From: a virus
IMG/VR virus record: IMGVR_UViG_3300046694_000315
Coordinates: 1 to 64,000 of that record
Length of the DNA: 64,000 nt
Direction: 5' to 3' (one strand)
The translations under genes were made by a program, and so were the position numbers. This document shows, piece by piece, positions 28,983-37,863 of the stretch. The notes beneath the pieces are model-generated. The model had not been told where the DNA came from. It searched no databases and saw only the letters and a list, made by a program, of their open reading frames with translations. Position 1 is the stretch's first letter. Every line of letters starts with the position of its first letter.

Positions 28983-29059
28983 CGGGGGTTGAACCCGCAC
29001 GCTCCTTTCGGAACACCGGGGTCACAGCCCGGCGCGGCTACCATTTCGCCACACTCACC
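28974..29059 (-). tRNA. tRNA-His(GUG) with a long variable arm
   Basis: G-1:C73, acceptor GTGAGTG/CATTCAC, anticodon arm CCGGG-CTGTGAC-CCCGG, V-arm GTTCC-GAAA-GGAGC, T-loop TTCAACC. Confidence 0.85.
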
Positions 29060-29134
29060 ATGAGAAGGTCTCGACCACGCGCCACCCACCCGGAATCTCA
29101 CCGGCCTAAGCCTTGTCCGTCGGCCCTTCCCTCG

Positions 29135-29207
29135 CTCCCCGACCTGGATTCGAACCAGGAACCAGCGGATTAACAGTCCGCTGCTCTGCCGATTGAGCTA
29201 TCGAGGA
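29135..29207 (-). tRNA. tRNA-Asn(GUU)
   Basis: Canonical cloverleaf with loop CTGTTAA, GTTCGAATCC and G73. Confidence 0.95.
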
Positions 29208-29272
29208 ATGCATCAGTGTTTGCACTGACCCTACTGGACTCCACGCCCAGACAGGTAACTGACCCCAGACCG

Positions 29273-29355
29273 TAGCCAAGGTGGGACTCGAACCCACACG
29301 CTCTTACGAGCACCGTCTTTTGAGGACGGCGTGGCTGCCTTTTCACCACTCGGCC
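29273..29355 (-). tRNA. tRNA-Leu(CAA)
   Basis: Class II cloverleaf with loop CTCAAAA, GGTTCGAGTCCC and A73. Confidence 0.92.
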
Positions 29356-29401
29356 TTGCGCCGGAGGGTTTTCAGGCCCTCCGGCCTTTCCTACGTGAAG
29401 C

Positions 29402-29899
29402 CTACTTCACGGTGTAGCGGCCGTAGTAAACGGACTTCGTCCAGGGCTTGTAGTAGTTGACACCCCTGCCCGGCCGCTCGCTTTCCAGCCAGGTGTGGGA
29501 ATTGACGTATATACCGACGTGGTAGACGTAGCCGCGCGAGTCGTGGGCGAAGACGAGGTCCCCGGCCCGGGGGCTCTTGACGTGCAGGCTGTGCCTGTAC
29601 TGGTCGTTCGCGACCCGGGGAATACTCTTCCCCAGCTTCTTCAGGGTGTACTGGGTCAGGCCCGAGCAGTCGAACCCCCTGGACGGCGAGGATCCTCCCC
29701 ACACGTACCGGACTCCCTTGTACTTGGCGCCCTGCTTCACGATCTTCGTTCCGGACGACACCGTAGTGGTGGACTTTACGGCGACCGGTACGGCGATCTT
29801 CGTGGATGCGACCGGCGTATTCGCCTGCGCGCTTGATGTAGCGAGCGGGGAAAATGCCAGGGCCGCAGCGAGCAGAAGTCCAGCGATCCTCTTATTCAT
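29402..29899 (-). CDS. Secreted NlpC/P60 peptidoglycan endopeptidase
   Basis: Signal peptide MNKRIAGLLLAAALA...AQA; YVWGG, FDCSGL, PR.A..Q, GDLVF and HVGIY. Confidence 0.93.
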   Translation of the reverse strand: MNKRIAGLLLAAALAFSPLATSSAQANTPVASTKIAVPVAVKSTTTVSSGTKIVKQGAKYKGVRYVWGGSSPSRGFDCSGLTQYTLKKLGKSIPRVANDQYRHSLHVKSPRAGDLVFAHDSRGYVYHVGIYVNSHTWLESERPGRGVNYYKPWTKSVYYGRYTVK

Positions 29900-29911
29900 G
29901 ACAGCACTCCG

Positions 29912-30040
29912 CACGCTTACGAGATTAGGTGACGGGCTCGGGTAAGTGCCTTTCCCTACCACAAATAGCTCTGCGGATTCGCCCCAAAAGATTCGGTCTC
30001 CCGCCCCTGTTCAGGGTTGAGTTCAGGATTTGTCCAGGAA
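29912..30040 (-). promoter_or_regulatory. ydaO/yuaA-type (c-di-AMP) riboswitch
   Basis: Minus strand reads AATCC...GGGAGACC...TTTTGGGGCGAATCC...GGTAGGG...CCCGAGCCCGTCACCTAATCTCGTAAGCG directly before the GGAG RBS of the NlpC/P60 gene. Confidence 0.8.
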
Positions 30041-30063
30041 CAGGGCTCAGCGTCTGGACAAAG

Positions 30064-30136
30064 TGGCCCCCTCTGGAATCGCACCAGAATCTCCCGCTTT
30101 TCAGGCGGGCGCATTAACTGCCTCTGCCAAAGGGCC
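30064..30136 (-). tRNA. tRNA-Phe(GAA), atypical T-loop
   Basis: Acceptor GGCCCTT/GGGGGCC, anticodon arm CCCGC-CTGAAAA-GCGGG, T-loop TGCGATT. Confidence 0.8.
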
Positions 30137-30142
30137 GTGAAG

Positions 30143-30216
30143 TCTGGACGGCAGGATTTGAACCTGCGATCTCCTGATCCCAAATCAGGCGCGCTACCGG
30201 GCTGCGCTACGTCCAG
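30143..30216 (-). tRNA. tRNA-Pro(UGG)
   Basis: C1-G72, A73, loop TTTGGGA, GGTTCAAATCC. Confidence 0.95.
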
Positions 30217-30620
30217 AAGTTGATGTCTTCGACACTACCGTATCAGGGATACCCGTTGTCAAGCCACAAACTGAATTAGCTTGCATTGGGCGGGAAGAGT
30301 TCCCCGCCGGGTCTTACGCGGTCGCGTCACGGCGACGGCAGCCCGGTCAGGCGGGGAACGGGAAACGGCCGAGGCAGAACGCCTGCAAGGCCGGGATGAG
30401 CGCGGGCATGCTGGCGGAGGGGAGGTGGTTCCCCTGGCCCGGCCGTCGCTCGCTCATCGTGTTCATGCATCCATTGAAGCGGATCACGACTACGGGTTTG
30501 TAATCGCTTCCGGCCACTGCCTGAATGCCTCGTGCGAGGCGGGGGGTAGGACACTGTCCGGACATAGCGGAAGGGGCCGGGGGATGTTCTCCCTCGACCC
30601 CTTCGGAACGACAGTCAGCT

Positions 30621-30986
30621 CTACTTGTGCGCGTCCTCGTACTCGCGGATCAGGTCCTCGGGCAGACGCCCCGTGTGGGACACCTCCCGGCCCTGCTCCT
30701 GCAACCACTTCCGCACGTCGGCCGTGGTGAAGGCGCCCCGCTTGCCCCGGATCGCCTTCCGTACCTGGGTTCCGGTGCGCTTCTGAGCTTCATGCGCGAC
30801 AGACGTGAACGGTTCCAGGGCGGCGTGCATCTTGTCGATGTGCTCCTGGCAGAGGTCCATGAGGAAGCGCGTGGTCCCCACCGTGACGGGGGTGGCCTCG
30901 TTGTTCGGCACATCCTGCCCGCACGGGGTCTTGGCGCGGTTGCGCGAGACCTTGAAATCGCACTTCTTCATCACTACGTCTGCCAT
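30621..30986 (-). CDS. lsr2: Lsr2-family nucleoid-associated protein
   Basis: C-terminal VRKW...G..VS..GRLP......YE, with an N-terminal dimerisation-like region (F.MDL). Confidence 0.85.
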   Translation of the reverse strand: MADVVMKKCDFKVSRNRAKTPCGQDVPNNEATPVTVGTTRFLMDLCQEHIDKMHAALEPFTSVAHEAQKRTGTQVRKAIRGKRGAFTTADVRKWLQEQGREVSHTGRLPEDLIREYEDAHK

Positions 30987-31119
30987 AACTCACTCCTTAA
31001 CAACGCCACCTCCGGTTGCGCCGCGCAGCAACCTGCCAACGGTCGCAATACTGCTACCTGACTACGGCTTCTGTCAAGCGGATGCACTGTGACGCTCGAC
31101 AAGCCGGATTCAGGAAGCA

Positions 31120-31983
31120 TCAACCTCCAAGGAGGCTGACGACCGGTCCCAGGACGCCGTTGATCACGGTGCCGACTGCTCCGGGGTGGTTCGTTGCCGT
31201 TGCCGACGGGCTGGGCGCCGCAGCGGGCACTTTCACCGTATGCGCCGGAGCCTTGGAGGGCGCGGCGGACGGCGAAGGGGTGGCAGTCACCTTGCGGTGC
31301 TTGCCCGTGGGCGCTGTGGTGGTGGCCTTCTCCGGCTTGGTGGTCGTCTTGGCGTGCTTGCCCTTCGCGCGGGTCTCCTGCGTGTAGGTCGACGCGGCCG
31401 GATGGTCCAGCGGGACGGCGGGGCGGTCGGACATCTCGCGGACGTCGTCGGTATCCACGTCATCGGAGATGAGGTCGGGTCGGTCCACCGGGTGATGGGC
31501 GTGGTGCTCGCCCTCTTCGGCCGCATAGGAGCACAGACCTATGGCGAAGGGGGCCGCCACGGTCGCGGCCAGGGCCAGGAAGGCCCGCTTGAACAGGGGA
31601 CGCTTGGGGCGGCGCCGGGAACCCTTCACCGGCTCCGGCGGGGCGTCAGGTATCTCCAGGGGAAGGTCCGCAGGCTCTTCCTCGGGGAACCAGAAGCCGA
31701 ACTCCTGGCGGTCTTCGAGCCAGCCGAAGCACAGCTCCCCGTCCTCGACCATCTGGAGCAGTTCCTCGGTTACTTCGTCGTCTTCCTCGGAAGCGTTGTC
31801 AAGGCCGTAGAAGTCCGGGAGGGCATCCTCGTGAGGAACGTCTTCCTTGTCGCGGACGAACGGAAGGTAGTCGGGTTCTGGACGCGTGGGGGTGTCGTCC
31901 AGGCTCCTTCCGAATAGGCGGCGCAGTTCGCGGACATCCTGTTCCCCTGTGTCGTCCGCACCGTCGCGCCTAGTGGTGTTCAT
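31120..31983 (-). CDS. Hypothetical membrane-anchored protein
   Basis: Acidic N-terminus, one TM helix, and a Pro/Thr/Ala-rich tail. Confidence 0.6.
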   Translation of the reverse strand: MNTTRRDGADDTGEQDVRELRRLFGRSLDDTPTRPEPDYLPFVRDKEDVPHEDALPDFYGLDNASEEDDEVTEELLQMVEDGELCFGWLEDRQEFGFWFPEEEPADLPLEIPDAPPEPVKGSRRRPKRPLFKRAFLALAATVAAPFAIGLCSYAAEEGEHHAHHPVDRPDLISDDVDTDDVREMSDRPAVPLDHPAASTYTQETRAKGKHAKTTTKPEKATTTAPTGKHRKVTATPSPSAAPSKAPAHTVKVPAAAPSPSATATNHPGAVGTVINGVLGPVVSLLGG

Positions 31984-32476
31984 GTTCGTTACGTGCCCCT
32001 CCTACCCGGACACACGCGTGGATGAGGGTTCGCGTGTGTGATCAGCTCGTACCTGGGTGGCAAAGATCACGGATGGAGGCGTTCGAACTGCCTAACAGGC
32101 AGGTCGCGTGGGGACGCTGGCCGTGTGATCGCGGGTCAACCAGTTGTTGAAAGGTAGCACCGGTAACACACAGGAACCAGAGTTCGCACAACTTCGGAAA
32201 CGGTGTTGCTTTACTATTCAACGGCGTTTCTTGGGCGTTTCTTTGCCTCTGCTAGTACAACTCATTGTGTTACCGCAGGTTACCTGCACTAAGCACGTAC
32301 GGTTCGGTATGTGTGAACGTTCAGTGTGGTGACCTAGATCACAGAGTAATTTCGGCCAAGCGGGAAGACCGTGTCGACATCTTGTCAAGCTACCATCAGG
32401 TACGACTTGACCCCGCCACGGGATGCCGTAGCGGGGTCAGGAGTCAATACCTCAGATTTCAGATAGTGAACTGCGG

Positions 32477-33346
32477 TCAGAAGGCTCCAGGAGCCACCTG
32501 AAGGCACCGCAGACCGAGCAGGCGCCACATCTCCACGACCTGGTCACGGTCGTCGAGGACGAACCACACGTTGTAGAACGGCTCGATCTTCGCCCGGTAG
32601 ATCTCCTCCTTGACGACCGAGTCCTTGCGCATGTCGTCTGGCGCCCGCATGTGCAGGTACGCCTCCCGCGTCCACTTGCCCACGTGCAGTTCCAGCCAGG
32701 CCCGCGTCTGGTCGTAGCAGCAGCCGTCACGGCCGGACAGGAACACGATCTCCGCGCCGCTGTCCCGCAGGGTGTTCACCAGGTCGATGACCTCGCTGAT
32801 CGGCTCGTCCTCGCCGACCCGGTCCCACTCGAACGGGCTGCGGCCGACCATCCGCGCCAGCGTGCCGTCGATGTCGACCAGGACCATGTTCGGCTTCGCC
32901 GGGTCGTACGGGGGCGCCTCGGCAGGCTTCGGGGCCAGGTACTGGTTGTACATGTCCCGGATGACCTTCTCGCCGACGCTCCGATCCCGCTGGAGGTCAC
33001 GCTTGATGCAGGTATGAAGCGGCACGGCCGTGTGGTCGGAGACCTTGAACTCCGCACCGTGGTACGCGGCCAGCCGCCGCAGTTCCTTCTCGTGGTTGGG
33101 GTTGAGGTTGGTGTCGTCCACGATGACGCTCACGCCGTCGCCCAGGAACGCCTCGACGAGGGCGTTGCGGGCCCGCACGACCCGGCGTTCGTTCTTCCCG
33201 TGCCAGACGCTGTCGTGCAGCATCGTGCGCAGGTCGTCCTTGTTGATCCGGACCAGCGTGCCGGGCTGGGCCTTGGCCACGATCCGCTTCGCCTCGGTGC
33301 TCTTGCCGGAGCCGGGCAGTCCCTTGGTCATGGTCAGCGTCAGCAT
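32477..33346 (-). CDS. pseT: Polynucleotide kinase / 3'-phosphatase (T4 PseT-like)
   Basis: P-loop GLPGSGKST, D.TN, HAD motif DIDGTL, SGR and DDR. Confidence 0.93.
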   Translation of the reverse strand: MLTLTMTKGLPGSGKSTEAKRIVAKAQPGTLVRINKDDLRTMLHDSVWHGKNERRVVRARNALVEAFLGDGVSVIVDDTNLNPNHEKELRRLAAYHGAEFKVSDHTAVPLHTCIKRDLQRDRSVGEKVIRDMYNQYLAPKPAEAPPYDPAKPNMVLVDIDGTLARMVGRSPFEWDRVGEDEPISEVIDLVNTLRDSGAEIVFLSGRDGCCYDQTRAWLELHVGKWTREAYLHMRAPDDMRKDSVVKEEIYRAKIEPFYNVWFVLDDRDQVVEMWRLLGLRCLQVAPGAF

Positions 33347-33399
33347 CGTCACGGGCTTCTCCTTGTTCTTCGGGCCGCAGCACCTGCACTTGTAGGTGC

Positions 33400-33699
33400 T
33401 CACTGGCAGCACCCGTCGCAGCCGTGCAGGCCCTCGTAGGGGTGGTAGTCCTCGCCCTGGATCAGGCGCTTGTAGGCGAGGTCGTCCGGGTCGGGGTGAC
33501 CCACGCCGTGGGGACAGGTCCGCTCCATCAGCGCCCGGTCCATGCGGAAGTGCTGGGGGAAGGCGGCCATGGAGTGGGCGGAGGGGTTGTGAACGCAGCA
33601 GTGGCGGCCGATGCAGTCCTTGCGGGGGTGGGCGAGGATCTCCTCCCCGCCCACCAGCTCGGCCCGCTCGAACCACCCGCCGAAGTCGTCGGGCTCCAT
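33400..33699 (-). CDS. Cys/His-rich hypothetical protein
   Basis: CCVHNPS, ERTCPHGVGHPDPD and HGCDGCC; TGATG coupling. Confidence 0.7.
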   Translation of the reverse strand: MEPDDFGGWFERAELVGGEEILAHPRKDCIGRHCCVHNPSAHSMAAFPQHFRMDRALMERTCPHGVGHPDPDDLAYKRLIQGEDYHPYEGLHGCDGCCQ

Positions 33700-34799
33700 C
33701 AGGCAGCCGCCTCCGGGACCGACGCGAACGGGACCTCGTAGGCGGGCTTGACCCGCTTCCACACCCGCGAGGTGATGTCCTGGCCGCCGTACAGGCCGAA
33801 CAGGATGTCCCTGTAGGGGCTCTCGCAGGCCAGGAGGGCGAACTCCTTGCGGCGCTTCTGCGCGTCGTCCTCCGGCCTCACCAGGCGGCGCAGGATCCAG
33901 TCGAACTCCTCGCGTGCCTCCACCAGGGTGTCGGTGTAGGCCGCCTGCAAGGCGCTGACCTTCGCGCGGACCCAGTCGTAGAACTCGTCCGGGACGCTGT
34001 CGATGATCGCCTCGATCCCGTCGCCCTCGACCAGCGCCTCCCACAGGGTGAGCGTCGAGGTGTTCGTCAGGATGCGGTGCAGCCGCACGTACTCGTCGAA
34101 CTTGAACTTCACCCGCAGGTCGTGGCCGGGGAAGTGGACGACGAAGCCCTCCTGGTTCTCCTCCTGCGGCGCCGCCAGCACCTCGGAGAGGGACTCGAAG
34201 CCGACCGGCTGGTTGACCGGCCCCGGCCAGTCGTAGGGCCCCCACGGCAGCGAGCGACCGGTCTGGGTGTCGACCACCGCGAGCAGGACCAGGTCGTCCA
34301 GGCCCTTGTAGTCGACGACGATCCGGTTGGACGGGAAGACGATCTCGAAGAGGTACGTCAGACCCAGGATCGGCTCGAACGTCGGGTAGCGCGTCTCCAG
34401 GATCTTGTTCGCGTGCTGCGCCTGCGGGCTGGTGAAGGAGCCCCGCGTGGCGATGCGGAACTCCCCGGTATGAAGCAGGTAGCCGACGCCCAAGGAGCCG
34501 TCCCACTTCACGTACGTCTTGACCGGCTCGTTGATCAGTCGCGCCTGCTGGTCGGCGGGGATCTGCGACCAGTTGAAGAACTTCTCGAACGGCCGGGCCA
34601 CGACCTTCTCGGTGGTCGTGTCGATGATCAGACCCCGGGTCTTCTTGGTGACCTCGTTCCACTCGTTGTCGAACTGCGCCTTGTTCGTGTAGTTGAAGAT
34701 GGCCCGGCTGCCGTCGGGGTGGGTCTGGTGGCGGACGTAGCCCTTGGTGATGTTGTCGAGCAGGGCCTTCTCCGGAAGGACGTCGTACAGGTGCACCAT
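33699..34799 (-). CDS. RNA ligase (T4 Rnl1 family)
   Basis: RGLI, RPF.KFFN, motif I KWDGS, FE, EGFV and RVKFK. Confidence 0.92.
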   Translation of the reverse strand: MVHLYDVLPEKALLDNITKGYVRHQTHPDGSRAIFNYTNKAQFDNEWNEVTKKTRGLIIDTTTEKVVARPFEKFFNWSQIPADQQARLINEPVKTYVKWDGSLGVGYLLHTGEFRIATRGSFTSPQAQHANKILETRYPTFEPILGLTYLFEIVFPSNRIVVDYKGLDDLVLLAVVDTQTGRSLPWGPYDWPGPVNQPVGFESLSEVLAAPQEENQEGFVVHFPGHDLRVKFKFDEYVRLHRILTNTSTLTLWEALVEGDGIEAIIDSVPDEFYDWVRAKVSALQAAYTDTLVEAREEFDWILRRLVRPEDDAQKRRKEFALLACESPYRDILFGLYGGQDITSRVWKRVKPAYEVPFASVPEAAA

Positions 34800-34823
34800 G
34801 TGTGCGCTCCTCGGTGGTGGTGG

Positions 34824-35045
34824 TCAGATGCGCTGGTCGATGGCGGCCACGACGCGCTGGGCGAAGTTCTCGTAGGCGCTGTCCGGCAGGTTCAGTCCGA
34901 ACCACTTCTTCGCCTCAAGGGCGACGATCTCGACGGCGGCCTCGCGCTGCTCTCCCTGGCGCTTGAGCCAGTCCTGGGCGGCGCTCTCGCGGGGGATGAC
35001 GAGGTGGCCGAGGTACATGGTGGGGCGGTCGTCCGTGGCGGTCAT
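34824..35045 (-). CDS. Hypothetical protein
   Basis: Operon fit and codon bias. Confidence 0.55.
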   Translation of the reverse strand: MTATDDRPTMYLGHLVIPRESAAQDWLKRQGEQREAAVEIVALEAKKWFGLNLPDSAYENFAQRVVAAIDQRI

Positions 35046-35047
35046 GT

Positions 35048-35458
35048 TCAGCCCTTCTTCGCGGCCTTCTTGGCCTTCTTGTTCTTCTTGTTCTTCTTGG
35101 CCTTGCGGTCCCGCTGGTCGAGGTCGGTCTCGACGTCGCTCAGGGCCTCGTCCAACTTCTCGATGAAGAGGTAGACGGCGCCCTTGAGGCGGTCGGCCTT
35201 CGCGCGGGCGTTCTCCAGGTCCTTGCGGAGCTGGTCGCGGTCTTCCTCGGTGTTCGTCTGGCCGTAGACACCGAAGTCGAGAGTCACGCTGCGGGAGCAG
35301 TCCTGTATCTGGAGCGTGGCGCCGAAGTCCAGGTAGTCGTCGCTGGCGTCGCCGTCGTTGATCTCCGCGAGCACCGCGCCGAGGCCGTGGTGGCCCTGGT
35401 TGTTCAGGAACTCGCGGATGTAGAGGCGGCGCTGCTCGTCGGTGGTGGCGGTGCTCAT
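35048..35458 (-). CDS. Hypothetical protein with a Lys-rich tail
   Basis: GGAG RBS and promoter TTGCGA-N17-TAGGTT (35518-35546). Confidence 0.65.
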   Translation of the reverse strand: MSTATTDEQRRLYIREFLNNQGHHGLGAVLAEINDGDASDDYLDFGATLQIQDCSRSVTLDFGVYGQTNTEEDRDQLRKDLENARAKADRLKGAVYLFIEKLDEALSDVETDLDQRDRKAKKNKKNKKAKKAAKKG

Positions 35459-35652
35459 GTTGCGGCTCCTAGCAGGTGTTGCTCTAGCGCCGGGTGGGGC
35501 GCCTTCCAATAACCAAGAACCTATAACGAGGAAGACGTAATCGCAAGCGGTTTCGCTCAAGCGATTTACAAGCAACACTATGGCGCGCATCACACAACAC
35601 GAAGACCCCCGCCGGGAGGGTGTCCCGAAGGGGGTCTTCGCAGGTCAGGCCG

Positions 35653-36306
35653 CTACAGCCGCCGCACGTAGTTGATGAAGTCCTGGAGCCGGTCCGTCCG
35701 AGGCTGCGCTGGAAGGATCCCGACGCGGTCGTTGAAGGTGTCGAAAGCCTTCCAGAACTCCTTCTCGATCTGCTCGGCGGTCATCTCGTCGAACGCCCAG
35801 TAGAACTCCGGGTCCGGCACCTTCACCGTCAGCGTGCCGAAGTCGAGCAACTGCTGGCCCTGCCGCAGCAGACGGAAGCAGTGCCGGGCGTGCTTCGCCA
35901 CACGCTTCTGTCGGCCGTCGTTGGCCAGCTCCTGCTTGATGCGCTTGATCTGACCCATGGCGTACCCGCCGTACGCCGAGCGCACGTAGGGCTCAGAGAG
36001 GAAATCCTCCCGGATGTCGAGGAGCCACTCCCCCTCCCAGGACTGCTGCTCGTACTCCTCCAGGTACATCAGATCAATGACCGTCGGGTTGCACTTCAGC
36101 GCGAGGTTCACGTACTTGCCGACCTCGTGCAGGGTGACGTCCGGAGCCGTGGACACGAGCGAGTCCTGGTGCTTGGCACCAATACGGAAGAACTCCGGAG
36201 TCGGACGGATGAAGATGCCCAGCCGGTCGATGTCCGACCCGGGCCGGGCCAGGCCGAAGGCAGTCGAGCCCACGACCCCGCTCAGCAGAATGTTCGGCGT
36301 CGTCAT
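35653..36306 (-). CDS. Pol-beta superfamily nucleotidyltransferase (RlaP-like)
   Basis: GS.AFGL....SD.D..G, NP, GYA and K...H..RLL. Confidence 0.85.
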   Translation of the reverse strand: MTTPNILLSGVVGSTAFGLARPGSDIDRLGIFIRPTPEFFRIGAKHQDSLVSTAPDVTLHEVGKYVNLALKCNPTVIDLMYLEEYEQQSWEGEWLLDIREDFLSEPYVRSAYGGYAMGQIKRIKQELANDGRQKRVAKHARHCFRLLRQGQQLLDFGTLTVKVPDPEFYWAFDEMTAEQIEKEFWKAFDTFNDRVGILPAQPRTDRLQDFINYVRRL

Positions 36307-36824
36307 CAGAACCAGTAGTCCTCAGACGGGTCGTCGCGGCCGTCGGTCTCCATGGCCTCGGCGGACTCCTCATACGTCGCCAGCGCCTCCTCCAGCGCCC
36401 TTCCCCACGTCTGTCCCTGGTCCTGCTCGACCTGAGCCACGGTGAGCAAGGCGAGCGTCTCGTTGTCGACCCTGAGATGCCCCTCCTCGACCAGGCTCTG
36501 GACCTCCGTGATGGTGCTGTCCGTGGCCGCCAGGTCCTCGTACGTCACGCCCTTGTAGGACAGCACGTAGCCGACCATGCAGGACGGCGCCTTGTCGGCC
36601 GGGCTGAAGTAGACGCACGGATTGGCGCCCGTCTCCGGGTCCAGGGGAGGCGCGTAGACGTAATCCTCCCCGCGCTCCTTCACTGCGCGGCCCAGCAGTT
36701 CCTTCGCCTCGTCCAGGGAGATCTCGACGGTGGCGGGCTTGGGCTTGGGGGTCTCGGCCTCCGGGGTATGAAGCGCGTCGTCGAGGGAGGGAACGGAGTC
36801 GATGATCTCGGTGAAGTTGAGCAT
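36306..36824 (-). CDS. Hypothetical protein
   Basis: G.DYVY...CVY.....PSCMVG...Q..QD.G..WG.A. Confidence 0.65.
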   Translation of the reverse strand: MLNFTEIIDSVPSLDDALHTPEAETPKPKPATVEISLDEAKELLGRAVKERGEDYVYAPPLDPETGANPCVYFSPADKAPSCMVGYVLSYKGVTYEDLAATDSTITEVQSLVEEGHLRVDNETLALLTVAQVEQDQGQTWGRALEEALATYEESAEAMETDGRDDPSEDYWF

Positions 36825-37176
36825 GGCGTTCTCGTTTCGTGTGGTGTTGGTCAGCCGTTGATGAGGTGGGCCGCGATGTAGAGCCCGGCGGCGACGCACA
36901 GGACGCGGAAGATGACGCGCCCGAGGGACTGGAACCACAGGTCGGCCTTCGACGGCCTCGGGCACGGGGCGTGGTTCTGGTCGAGGTTCTTCACGGGATG
37001 CCTTTCAGGAGCAGTCGAATTCGGGGGCGTCGGTCTCCGGCTCTTCGTCCAGGGCGACGCCGTTGATGAAGATGACGTCGCCGACGTCGATGCCGACGTG
37101 TTCCAGCAGGGAACGGATGCTCACTGGTCCTCCTTGGGGAGCGGTGGGGCCCGGCGTTCCGAGCCCCACCGAGACG

Positions 37177-37863
37177 TCACAGAGACGCGGGGTTGAACAG
37201 GTTGCGTCCGCTGTCGTCCTTCGAGACAGGGGTGAGTTTGCCCCTGTCGACCCATGTGGTGATCGTGCTCGGACTCACCTCAAGGATCTTGGCCAGCTCC
37301 CTGGCCGTGACCAGGGTGACCTCGCTGCTGTCTCGCCGCTGTCTCAGCACTCCCGCCAGCCGGTGGAAGGTGAGCGCGGCCAGGTGCGTACCGAGCGCGA
37401 TGCAGATGGTCGGGGCGGCCGACGCGAGGATCACGTGCCCCCACGTCGTCGCCGCTGACTGCCCGGTCACCCTGGCGTACGCGGAGCCGTGAGCGACGTT
37501 GAGGACGAGTGAGACAGCGGTGAGACCGACCACCGTGCCGATCGCCCACCGGTATCCCGGGGAGCCGACCAACGCCAGCGAGGCCACCACCCCCAGGCCG
37601 TCGAGACCGTCGATGACCAGAGGGTAGAACTGCCGCACCTCGTGCAGGCCGATCCCATCGGCGGTGTCTCGAAGGGGCACCCAGCTCACCCTCATACCGA
37701 CCAGCGCCACGAACGCCAGCGCCACCAGGATCGTGGTGAACCCGATGACCAGACCGGTCGCGTGCAGGCCCGTGAGCGGGTGAGACGAGGGTGAGACAGC
37801 CCCCGTCTCACGGTTACTCGCACGTCTTGCTCGCCAGCTCTGGATACGATTCGGGAGTCCCAT
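37177..37863 (-). CDS. DUF2637-like multi-TM protein with a C-terminal HTH
   Basis: Four hydrophobic helices (P.VIDG, SL..NV.H) and a MerR/excisionase-like HTH (TARELAKILEVSPSTITTWV.RG). Confidence 0.7.
   Translation of the reverse strand: MGLPNRIQSWRARRASNRETGAVSPSSHPLTGLHATGLVIGFTTILVALAFVALVGMRVSWVPLRDTADGIGLHEVRQFYPLVIDGLDGLGVVASLALVGSPGYRWAIGTVVGLTAVSLVLNVAHGSAYARVTGQSAATTWGHVILASAAPTICIALGTHLAALTFHRLAGVLRQRRDSSEVTLVTARELAKILEVSPSTITTWVDRGKLTPVSKDDSGRNLFNPASL

Noticed and set aside
29208-29272. Possible additional tRNA between Asn and Leu (and in 29060-29134)
   Set aside because: I could not fold a T-arm or cloverleaf by eye.
28974-30216. tRNA genes lacking encoded CCA; tRNAs as prophage att boundary
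   Set aside because: Missing CCA is common in Streptomyces tRNA genes. No duplicated tRNA 3' end is seen, and phage genes continue on both sides.
30281-30610. Short ORFs between tRNA-Pro and lsr2
   Set aside because: Several conflicting frames with poor codon bias; none can be supported.
32160-32290. GTTAC/GTAAC repeats here and at 21819-21890 as GlnR/MtrA boxes
   Set aside because: Spacing is 5 nt rather than the usual 6, and the motif is too short to support by eye.
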